This document shows, piece after piece, positions 30,677 through 42,700 of a DNA stretch of 64,000 nt. Under the pieces are notes generated by a model. That model did no database searches. It worked only from the letters and a program-made list of their open reading frames with translations, and was not told where the DNA came from. A program made the translations under genes and the position numbers. This DNA is from Coxiellaceae bacterium (GTDB lineage Bacteria > Pseudomonadota > Gammaproteobacteria > UBA9339): NCBI GenBank assembly GCA_031263815.1, contig JAISFD010000022.1, positions 5,320 to 69,319 of the forward strand, read 5' to 3'. Positions within the stretch are counted from its first letter, which is position 1. Each line of letters starts with the position of its first letter.

Positions 30677-31690
30677 ATGCACAAAGTCCTATCATTAATT
30701 TCTGGTGGTTTAGATTCTTTTCTTGCGACAAAACTAATTCTTATGCAAGGAGTATATGTTGAAGGAATCAACTTTTTTACTGGATTCAGTGGAGATCATG
30801 AGTATTGTTTTGACCATTCTACCAAAGGGAGCCATGGCGCGCGCTGGGTATGTGATCAATTAGGAATAAAATTGCATGTTGTAAATGTTGTAGATCTTTT
30901 TAAGCCTATATTACTGCAGCCAAAATATGGTTATGGTGCGAATCTTAATCCTTGTCTTGACTGTAAATTGTTTATGATTGGAGAAGCGAAAACCTGGATG
31001 GAAAAATGTGGATTTGATTTTTTGATTTCTGGTGAGGTTTTAGGTCAGCGGCCAAAATCTCAACGGAAAGATACTTTGCCTTTCGCATCTAAAATTACTT
31101 CGGATTTAATCGTGCGTCCTCTTTCAGCTAAACTTTTACCACCAACATTACCTGAAAGGGCAGGATGGATTAATAGAGAATTGCTTTATAGCATTAGTGG
31201 ACGAGGACGCAAATTTCAACTTAACCTTGCTCAAAAATTTGGGTTTAAAAAAATTCCTCAACCGAGTGGTGGCTGTCTCTTAACCGATTCAGGTTTTTGT
31301 CGGAGATTACAAGATCTGTGGGATCACCACTTAGATCACGATTATGACTTGAATGATATTTTACTACTGCGCTTGGGAAGACATTTGAGAGTTAACTCTA
31401 AGTTAAAAGTTGTTGTTGGTAGAGATGAAGGGGAAAATAACTTCCTTGAAAATTTTTCAAGTAAATATACTTTATTACAACCTATTAATTTTCCTGGCGC
31501 AACAGTTTTAGTTGATGGTAAAGTTGACCAGAGTAACTCGAATCTTTTGGCATGTCTTAGTGCCTATTTTAGTAAAGGACGAAATGCCAGTGAGGTTAAG
31601 GTATTGGTGCGCTATCCTCAAGACCTTGCTCAGAATGTTTTAGTTGTATCAGCAACACCGAATGAAGTTTTAAGCAAGTGGTATATATAG
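30677..31690 (+). CDS. PP-loop ATP pyrophosphatase superfamily protein (ThiI/MnmA-like, possible RNA thiolation enzyme)
   Basis: PP-loop SGGLDS at the N-terminus, NPCLDCK cysteine pair, and a ThiI-like SGEVLGQRPKSQ block. There is no THUMP or rhodanese domain. The exact function is not recognised. Confidence 0.55.
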   Translation: MHKVLSLISGGLDSFLATKLILMQGVYVEGINFFTGFSGDHEYCFDHSTKGSHGARWVCDQLGIKLHVVNVVDLFKPILLQPKYGYGANLNPCLDCKLFMIGEAKTWMEKCGFDFLISGEVLGQRPKSQRKDTLPFASKITSDLIVRPLSAKLLPPTLPERAGWINRELLYSISGRGRKFQLNLAQKFGFKKIPQPSGGCLLTDSGFCRRLQDLWDHHLDHDYDLNDILLLRLGRHLRVNSKLKVVVGRDEGENNFLENFSSKYTLLQPINFPGATVLVDGKVDQSNSNLLACLSAYFSKGRNASEVKVLVRYPQDLAQNVLVVSATPNEVLSKWYI

Positions 31691-31751
31691 ATTATTCTCA
31701 GAAAATATACTACATTATGATAAAATTTTTAATATATTTCGAAATTAATGA

Positions 31752-33392
<1,641 letters not shown>

Positions 33393-33408
33393 TGTAAAAG
33401 AAGCATAT

Positions 33409-34221
33409 ATGAAGCTATGTGGTTTCGAAATTGGTAATGACAAACCGCTTTTTTTAATTGCTGGACCATGTGTTATTGAAAGCGAGAAGATTGCACTTGA
33501 GTCGGCGTTTTTTTTGAAAGAAGTTACTGTCCGTTTAAAAGTAAATTTCATCTATAAAACTTCTTTTGAAAAAGCTAATCGTACATCGATGAATAGTTAC
33601 TCTGGACCAGGATTTACTGATGGCTTAAGAATTTTAAGAAAAATTAAGGAAGAGGTTAAAGTACCTATTTTAACCGATGTCCATGAATATACACCGTATG
33701 ATGAAGTAGTTGCAGTCGTTGATGTGTTACAAACTCCAGCATTTTTATGTCGTCAAACTAGTTTTATTAAAAAAGTTATGGGGCAAAATAAACCAGTTAA
33801 TATCAAAAAAGGACAATTTTTATCGCCATGGGAGATGAAAAACGTAGTAGAGAAAGCTAGTTCTACTGGTAATAAACAAATCATGGTTTGTGAACGTGGG
33901 GTAACATTTGGTTATAATAATTTAGTAGTCGATATGCGTTCGCTTGAAATCATGAAAGAAACTCACTGCCCTGTTATTTTCGATGCTGGACATTCGGTGC
34001 AGTTTCCAGGAAGTACTGGTTCCAGTAGCGGTGGAAAACGAGAATTTATTCCTGTTCTTGCGAGAGCAGCGACTGCCGTTGGAATTGCTGGACTATTTCT
34101 TGAAACTCATCCTAACCCTGAGCGGGCATTATGTGACGGTCCCAATATGTTACCAATTGCTAAGATAGAGTCTTTATTAATTACCCTCCAAAAAATTGAT
34201 CGTGCGGTTAAAACGCTTTAG
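33409..34221 (+). CDS. kdsA: 3-deoxy-8-phosphooctulonate (KDO8P) synthase
   Basis: [22 protein letters not shown], and DAGHSVQ motifs. Confidence 0.95.
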   Translation: MKLCGFEIGNDKPLFLIAGPCVIESEKIALESAFFLKEVTVRLKVNFIYKTSFEKANRTSMNSYSGPGFTDGLRILRKIKEEVKVPILTDVHEYTPYDEVVAVVDVLQTPAFLCRQTSFIKKVMGQNKPVNIKKGQFLSPWEMKNVVEKASSTGNKQIMVCERGVTFGYNNLVVDMRSLEIMKETHCPVIFDAGHSVQFPGSTGSSSGGKREFIPVLARAATAVGIAGLFLETHPNPERALCDGPNMLPIAKIESLLITLQKIDRAVKTL

Positions 34222-34299
34222 CTGAAAAAATACTTGCTATACGGTAGATTCTATTCTATTTTAACTATGATTAATAAGGGTTTTTTAACCGAAAATTAA

Positions 34300-35604
<1,305 letters not shown>

Positions 35605-35635
35605 GGAATTGAAAAATCTGTCCCAGATTAACTTT

Positions 35636-35905
35636 ATGAAAGTATTATTAGGTATACTAATAGTAGTGGTTATAGCATTACAGTATCGCCTTTGGTTTGC
35701 TGATGATGGCATCATTCATGCTTGGCGATTAAACAAGGCAATTTATGCTCAACAAGCAAAAAATGAAGATATAGTTAAACGTAATACTGTTTTAATTGAG
35801 GAAATTAAGTCACTAAAAGAAGGAGGAGATGCTATTGAAAACTGTGCTCGTAATGATCTTGGTATGGTAAAAAAAGGAGAGATTTTTTACCAAGTGGTAA
35901 AATGA
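35636..35905 (+). CDS. ftsB: Cell division protein FtsB
   Basis: MKVLLGILIVVVIALQYRLWF...ARNDLGMVKKGEIFYQVV parallels E. coli FtsB. Conserved position after eno. Confidence 0.85.
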   Translation: MKVLLGILIVVVIALQYRLWFADDGIIHAWRLNKAIYAQQAKNEDIVKRNTVLIEEIKSLKEGGDAIENCARNDLGMVKKGEIFYQVVK

Positions 35906-35911
35906 GTTTTT

Positions 35912-36943
35912 ATGCAAACACTACTTCCTACTAGAATAGTTGGTCCAATTAAAATTATCAGTAATGATTTTTCTGCTGATTCTAGAGTTCCACTTGCTAC
36001 TTTTGAGAAGCCTCTATGGTTTTCAGTAGAGCGTGGAGCTCGAGTAACAAGAAAATCTGGGGGTATAAGGACAGTGTTAGTGCAAGATTGTATGACACGA
36101 TCAATATTAGTCGAGGCTGAAAATGCTATTTATGCATTTGAAGTAGTCAATAGCTTAAAAGGGTTTCGATCTGAATTAGAAAAAATCGCTGTTAAAAGTA
36201 GTAGATTTACACAACTTAAAGATTGGCAAACTCAAATTGTAGCTAACCTGATTTATATTCGTTTTACTTTTACTACTGGTGGAGCTGCAGGTCATAATAT
36301 GTCAACAAAAGCAGCTGAGATGTTGCAACAGTGGCTATTAGATAAATTTCCTAAGTTGAAATATATCTCAATTTCTGGAAATTATTGTGTCGATAAAAAA
36401 AATTCAGCAGTAAATGGTATTTTGGGTAGAGGTAAATTTGTAATTGCTGAAGCTTTGATTCCTCGTGAACTTTGTCAGAAAGAATTGAAAGCTAGTCCAG
36501 AGAAAATCGTTGATTTAAATATTAAAAAGAATCTTCTTGGCTCAATTATTTCTGGTGGAGTAAGAACTGCTAATGCCCATTTTGCTAACATGCTTTTAGC
36601 ATTTTATTTAGCTATGGGCCAAGATGCAGCGAATATTGTTGAAGGATCCCAAGGATTTACTTATGCAGAAGTACGCAAAGATGATTTATATTTTTCAGTA
36701 ACTTTGCCCAATATCATTATTGGTGCAATAGGTAGCAATAAAGATCTAGATTGGGTAAAGGAAAATTTAAGAATATTGGGAGTTTTAAAGCCGAATGACT
36801 ATAATTTTAATGCGCGTGCCCTTGCGTTGATAGCGGCAGCAGTAGTTTTATGTGGAGAGATTTCTTTAATGGCTGCACAAACAAATCCTGGGGAACTTAT
36901 GCGAAGTCATTTAGCAATTGAAAGAAAAAACGTAATTAAGTAA
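35912..36943 (+). CDS. HMG-CoA reductase, class-I-like, short soluble form
   Basis: Blocks matching the class I catalytic core: PLATFEKPLWFS (Glu), SGNYCVDKKNSAVNGILGRGK (DKK Lys), GQDAANIVEGS (Asp), GELMRSHL (His), ANAHFAN. It lacks the N-domain and the membrane anchor. TTGGAAGHNM replaces the usual TGDAMGMNM. Confidence 0.75.
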   Translation: MQTLLPTRIVGPIKIISNDFSADSRVPLATFEKPLWFSVERGARVTRKSGGIRTVLVQDCMTRSILVEAENAIYAFEVVNSLKGFRSELEKIAVKSSRFTQLKDWQTQIVANLIYIRFTFTTGGAAGHNMSTKAAEMLQQWLLDKFPKLKYISISGNYCVDKKNSAVNGILGRGKFVIAEALIPRELCQKELKASPEKIVDLNIKKNLLGSIISGGVRTANAHFANMLLAFYLAMGQDAANIVEGSQGFTYAEVRKDDLYFSVTLPNIIIGAIGSNKDLDWVKENLRILGVLKPNDYNFNARALALIAAAVVLCGEISLMAAQTNPGELMRSHLAIERKNVIK

Positions 36944-36955
36944 TGGGGGATGAAT

Positions 36956-37519
36956 ATGACAAAAATTTTACTTGTGGCCGCATCTACACGGCAAGATTCA
37001 TCTAACAAAAAACTTATTAATCTTATCGCAAAATTAAGTACCCAACAAAAAATTGATGTTGAAGTTCTGGATTTTGCTAACTATAGGGCTCCACTTTATG
37101 ATGGAGATCTTGAAGATAAATTTGGTATACCTGAAGTGGTTCGAGCTTTTGTTGCAAAACTTCAAGATGCTTACGGTTTAATTTTATCTTCACCAGAATA
37201 TAATTTCTCTACTCCAGGAACTTTAAAAAGTCTTATCGATTGGATTTCACGTGTAAGACCTATGCCATGGGTAAGATATCCTATTATGCTATGTTCTGCC
37301 TCACCATCTTTGGTTGGTGGTAATAGAGGACTATTGCATACAGCAGTAATCTTGCAATGTTGCTGTAATGCCGATATTTTTCCTCCAATGTTTTCTTTGG
37401 CAAATAGCTATGAGGCGTTTACTAATGATGGTTCGTTAAAAGATAAGAATCTTGAACAAAAGTTAAGCAAAAACATTGTTGGGTTCGTAAATTTCGTAAA
37501 AAAACTAGCTCGCACATAA
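36956..37519 (+). CDS. NAD(P)H-dependent FMN reductase family protein
   Basis: Flavodoxin-like fold start MTKILLVAASTRQDSSNKKL and the SPEYNFSTPGTLKSLIDW block. Confidence 0.7.
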   Translation: MTKILLVAASTRQDSSNKKLINLIAKLSTQQKIDVEVLDFANYRAPLYDGDLEDKFGIPEVVRAFVAKLQDAYGLILSSPEYNFSTPGTLKSLIDWISRVRPMPWVRYPIMLCSASPSLVGGNRGLLHTAVILQCCCNADIFPPMFSLANSYEAFTNDGSLKDKNLEQKLSKNIVGFVNFVKKLART

Positions 37520-37529
37520 GTATTTCGTG

Positions 37530-37865
37530 CTATAGTGCAGATAAAGGATGTCCACCGAGTAAATGTAGATGTAAATGATACACTACTTGTCCACCATCAC
37601 GATTACAATTAATCAAAACTCGATAACCATTGGCATCAATTTTGAATTCTCTTGCTAATTTTTGCGTCACTAAAATCATATTACCAATTAGATCTCTATC
37701 TTCTGGTATTAAATCATTCATGGTAGCTATATGTTTATGTGGAATAATTAATTTATGTTGTGGTGCTCTGGGGTTAATATCATCAAAAGCGATTATTTTA
37801 TCATCTTGATAAATAATATTCGCTGGTATTATACCACTAGCAATTTTGCAGAAAATACAATCCAT
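37530..37865 (-). CDS. hinT: HIT-family nucleotide-binding protein (HinT-like)
   Basis: CIFCKI N-terminus and histidine triad HLHLHLLGG. Confidence 0.9.
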   Translation of the reverse strand: MDCIFCKIASGIIPANIIYQDDKIIAFDDINPRAPQHKLIIPHKHIATMNDLIPEDRDLIGNMILVTQKLAREFKIDANGYRVLINCNRDGGQVVYHLHLHLLGGHPLSAL

Positions 37866-37961
37866 ACTATCTAAATTGATTATTTAATATTAATACCTAC
37901 AATATGTTATATTGTAATTATATTATTCAATTATGTATACTAAAAAGTTGAAGATCATTCT

Positions 37962-37980
37962 TCATGGTTAATAACCATGA
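37962..37980. promoter_or_regulatory. Perfect 9-1-9 palindrome in the intergenic region upstream of the GltD-like/PFOR operon (candidate operator)
   Basis: TCATGGTTA-A-TAACCATGA at 37962-37980, ~160 nt upstream of ATG 38140. There is no other support. Confidence 0.3.
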
Positions 37981-38139
37981 CCATTAAAAGAGGAATTCTG
38001 GAAAAACTTTATTTCTGTAAACAGAGTGTTAAAAAATTGTATCCAAACGCGGTCAAGTTAGTAGCAATTAGTAGACTTCCTATTCAGATGCTTTTATAAT
38101 TTAATTTGTAGACGGATTATTCGATAGTTTATTGCAAAA

Positions 38140-39735
38140 ATGGAGTTTTTAGGCATGATTAATAAATCGCGAAAAGTTGCTGTTTGTGTCAAAAAAACAC
38201 CCCCCTGTAATAATATTTGCCCTGCAGGAGAAGATATTCAACATTGGCTAAATTTAGCTAAAGAACAAAAATATCATGAAGCATGGCAAGTTATTTTGCA
38301 AAGTAATCCTTTCCCAGCTATTCATGGTAGGGTTTGTTATCATTATTGTGAAACTAGGTGTAATCGAATACAACACGATTCAACTGTAGGAATTCATTGT
38401 ATTGAACGGTTTCTGGGAGATATGGCTCTAAGAGAGAAATGGGCCGCCCCAGCATTAAATACTAATACTAAAAAAGAGATTCTAATTGTAGGAGCTGGTC
38501 CAGCTGGTTTAACTGCAGCTTATTATTTACGTTTGTTTGGATACAATGTTACGATTTACGAGTCTCTACCTCAAGCCGGTGGTATGATGTTAATAGGTAT
38601 CCCAGCTTACCGTCTTCCACGTGAGATTCTATTTGGAGAGATTAATCGTGTTTTGAATACTGGAATAAAAATTGAATATAACCACAAAGTTCAGGATGTA
38701 ATTAAAGAAAAAGACGATCATGGTTTTGATGCGGTATTTTTAGCTATTGGTGCCCATTTGGGAAAAGATATCGCTATTCAAATAGAGGATCCATGCATAG
38801 TTATGGATGCTATTGACTATCTACGCGGAATTGCTCTAGGAAGATCAACTGCTCTTGGATCACGTTTAGTAGTCTATGGTGGTGGTAATACCGCAATAGA
38901 TGTGGCTCGAAGTGCTAAACGTTTGGGTGTATCTGACGTTAATATTGTTTACCATCGTACCCGTGAGAGAATGTCGGCTTTCAATCGTGAAATAGAAGCT
39001 GCTCTGGCTGAAGGCATTAAATTTACTTTTTTACGCAGTATTATAGCTCTCAACCACAATACTTTAACTTTAAGTATTAACGAGATTGATAACAAAGGGC
39101 GGCCCAAAAATACTGGGAAGATTGAAACACTAGAAATTGATGCTTTGATTTTTGCTTTAGGTCAAATTCCAGATTCTGAATTTTTGCGTAAAATTCCTGA
39201 AGTTGGATTACAGCCGGCTGGAGTAATAACTATAGATGATTTATTTATAACTGGATATCGTGGTATTTTTGCTGGTGGTGATATGATTCCATTTGATCGA
39301 AGTATTACTGCAGCTGTAGGTCACGGTAGACGTGCGGCTTATTGTATTGATTCATATTTGGGTCATACTCATACTTCTTTTGGTGAATTGCCTTTTAGTA
39401 AAGAGTTGGCGTCTTTCGACAAATTACATATTAGTGATGAAAAGTCGCAAAAAACTATGGAAAAAATGCTGCAAGCGGGGACACGAGTCAAATCTTTTTC
39501 CGAAGTTATTCCGAGTTGTACTCAAAATGAAGTTTTATATGAATCAAAGCGTTGTTTTTCATGTGGCAATTGTTTTGGTTGTGGTAAGTGTTATGCAGTT
39601 TGTCCTGTAACAGCGATAACACATTCAAAGCTAGATGGTAAAGTTACTGAAATTAATCCGGCAAAATGTATTGATTGTAGTCAATGTTTTAAAATTTGTC
39701 CATGTGGTGCTATCAATATGATAGATAGAAAATAA
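38140..39735 (+). CDS. GltD-like NAD(P)H-dependent Fe-S flavoprotein oxidoreductase with a C-terminal 2x[4Fe-4S] ferredoxin domain
   Basis: N-terminal Cys cluster (CNNICPAG...CYHYCETRCNR). Two dinucleotide folds (IVGAGPAGLTAAYYL; VVYGGGNTAIDVARSA). C-terminal CFSCGNCFGCGKCYAVCP and CIDCSQCFKICPCGA. Confidence 0.8.
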   Translation: MEFLGMINKSRKVAVCVKKTPPCNNICPAGEDIQHWLNLAKEQKYHEAWQVILQSNPFPAIHGRVCYHYCETRCNRIQHDSTVGIHCIERFLGDMALREKWAAPALNTNTKKEILIVGAGPAGLTAAYYLRLFGYNVTIYESLPQAGGMMLIGIPAYRLPREILFGEINRVLNTGIKIEYNHKVQDVIKEKDDHGFDAVFLAIGAHLGKDIAIQIEDPCIVMDAIDYLRGIALGRSTALGSRLVVYGGGNTAIDVARSAKRLGVSDVNIVYHRTRERMSAFNREIEAALAEGIKFTFLRSIIALNHNTLTLSINEIDNKGRPKNTGKIETLEIDALIFALGQIPDSEFLRKIPEVGLQPAGVITIDDLFITGYRGIFAGGDMIPFDRSITAAVGHGRRAAYCIDSYLGHTHTSFGELPFSKELASFDKLHISDEKSQKTMEKMLQAGTRVKSFSEVIPSCTQNEVLYESKRCFSCGNCFGCGKCYAVCPVTAITHSKLDGKVTEINPAKCIDCSQCFKICPCGAINMIDRK

Positions 39736-39754
39736 AAGTTATTATGAGGTAGTT

Positions 39755-42700
39755 ATGAATGCAGAAATGAAGATAATGGATGGTAATGAAGCGGTAGCAT
39801 ATATTGCTTACCGTGTTACAGAAATTAATGCAATTTATCCGATCACTCCTTCTACTCCTATGGGGGAATTTGCTGATCAATGGGCATCTGATGGGGTAAA
39901 GAATATTTGGAATACTGTCCCACAAGTAGTTGAAATGCAGAGTGAGGGTGGTGCCGCTGGTGTATTACATGGAGCTTTACAAGGTGGTGCTTTAGCAACG
40001 ACTTATACAGCTTCTCAGGGACTTCTTTTGATGATTCCTAATATGTATAAAATTGCTGGTGAACTAACCTCAACTGTGATTCATGTGGCATCTCGTTCTT
40101 TAGCATGTCAAGGGTTATCTATTTTTGGTGATCATAGTGATGTGATGGGAATTCGTGATACTGGTTTTGTAATGTTAGCTTCAGGTAGCGTCCAGGAGGC
40201 TCATGATTTAGCACTAATTGCTCATGCATCGACATTAGAAGCAAGGATACCATTTATTCATTTTTTTGAAGGGTTTCGAGTTAGCCATGAGATTAATAAA
40301 ATAGATCTTATAACTGATGAACAAATCCGCACTATGATCGATGAAGATCTGGTATTAGCCCATCGACGTCGTGCTTTAAGCCCTGAATGTCCATGTATCC
40401 GTGGCACATCGCAAAATCCAGATGTATATTTTCAAGGGCGAGAAACTGTTAACCCCTTTTATTTGAAGGTACCAAGTATTGTTGAAAAATATATGGATAG
40501 ATTAGCTAATCTCACTGGACGAAAATATTCCTTAATGAACTATTATGGAGATAAAGCAGCAGAAAAAGTTATTATTATTATGGGATCTGCTTCCAAGGTG
40601 GTTATCGAAACAGTTGCCGAACTTAATGCGCAAGGAGAAAAAGTTGGAGTAATACAGGTTTATTTATATCGTCCATTCCCTGTAGATCGGTTTATGCAAG
40701 TCTTACCTACGAGTGTTAAGGTGATAGCAGTGTTAGATCGTACTAAAGAACCTGGATCTCTTGGTGAGCCTTTATATCAAGATGTATTAACAGCATTGGC
40801 TGAAATAATAAATCAAGGTAAAGTAATTTTTAATAGCGGCTATCCCAAAGTTGTTGGCGGACGCTATGGTTTATCATCTAAAGAGTTCACCCCAGCGATG
40901 GCTAAAGGAGTATTTGATAACCTCAAACAAGATTTTCCCAAAAATCATTTCACTATTGGGATCAAAGATGATGTAACTAATAGCAATTTAGACTATGACG
41001 TAAATTTCTCTATTAAAGATTCTCAACATAAGTGTTTTATTTTTTATGGTTTAGGTTCAGATGGCACTATAGGGGCTAATAAAAACACCATAAAAATTAT
41101 TGGCCAAGAAACTCCATTATATGTGCAAGGTTATTTTGTTTATGATTCAAAAAAATCTGGATCCAAAACAGTATCACATCTACGGTTTTCATCCAAACCA
41201 ATCCAAGCTCCGTACCTAATTACAACTGCTGATTTTATTGCATGTCATCAGTTTAACTTTATCGAATCTGAGACTATCTTAGACAATGCAATTACTGGCG
41301 CTACATTTTTATTAAATTCTCCATTTGGCCCCAATGAAATTTGGGATAATTTACCCAGAGTTGTAGTGGAGAAAATTCTTGCTAAAAAGATGAAATTTTA
41401 TGTTATTGATGCCTATAAAGTTGCAGCGCAGACCGGGATGGGCGTAAGAATTAATACCATTATGCAAACCTGTTTCTTTGCCATTTCGGGTATTTTACCT
41501 CGTGAAGAAGCTATTACTAAGATTAAGGATGCTATTGTTAAAACCTATAAGAAGAAAGGGGAAGAAGTAATTAAGAAAAATTTTGCAGCGGTTGATCAAA
41601 CTTTAGATAATCTTTTTGCAGTAAAACTAATAGATGAAGTATCAATTAAAGCTCATGATTTAGCTCCAACAGTGAGTAGTAAGGCTCCAGAATTTGTTCA
41701 AAAAGTTACCGTGGTAATGATGAAAGATCAGGGAGATAATTTGCCGGTTAGTGCTTTACCGATCGATGGTACTTATCCAAGTGGTACCACTCAGTGGGAA
41801 AAACGTAATGTCTCAGCCGAAGTTGCGGAGTGGAATCCTGATTTATGTATTCAATGTGGACAATGCAGTTTGATATGCCCTCATGGAGTAATCCGTGCTA
41901 AACATTTTACTCAGGATAGTCTGCAAAATGCTCCAGCCGATTTTAAGACTGCCAAATGCCGAGCTAAAGAATTTGCTAATGATCAATTCAGATTACAAGT
42001 TTATCTTGAAGATTGTACTGGATGTGGTTTGTGTAATGAAGTATGTCCAGCCGTTAGTAAAGAGAATCATGAAATTAAAGCTATTATGATTACACCTAAA
42101 GCTTCTAGATTGACTATAGAACGTAGAAATATCGAATTTTTTGCAAGTTTAATTGATGAAGATAAACGAGAAATTGATAACTCTAATGTAAGGGGAGTGC
42201 AATATTTACCTCCTTACTTTGAATTCTCTGGTGCCTGCTCTGGGTGCGGTGAAACGCCTTATATTAAATTAGTTAGTCAATTATTTGGTGACAGAATGTT
42301 AGTGGCTAATGCAACTGGTTGTTCTTCGATTTATGGTGGTAATTTACCTACAACGCCGTGGACTTTTGATAATTCTGGACGTGGTCCTGCTTGGTCAAAT
42401 TCATTATTTGAAGATAATGCTGAATTTGGTCTTGGTTTTAGATTAGCCACGGATAAACAACAAGTACTTGCTTTAGAATTACTCCAAGAATTTTCTGAAC
42501 AAATAGATAACGATCTAGTAGCCGCAGTCATTCAGGGAACGAAAGAAGACGATGAAAAAAATATTTTTATTCAACGTCAACGTCTTATAGAACTAAAAGA
42601 GAAACTAACTAAAATGCGGGATCCACGGATTAAACATTTATTAATGTTATTAGAATATCTAGTTAAGCGTAGTATCTGGATAATAGGTGGTGATGGTTGG

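Noticed and set aside
37881-37897. A TTAATATT-like sequence (tatttaatattaatacc) resembling half of a PmrA-type box known upstream of Dot/Icm effector genes.
   Set aside because: There is only one half-site-like element, with no properly spaced tandem copy. Such AT-rich strings are expected by chance in this spacer.
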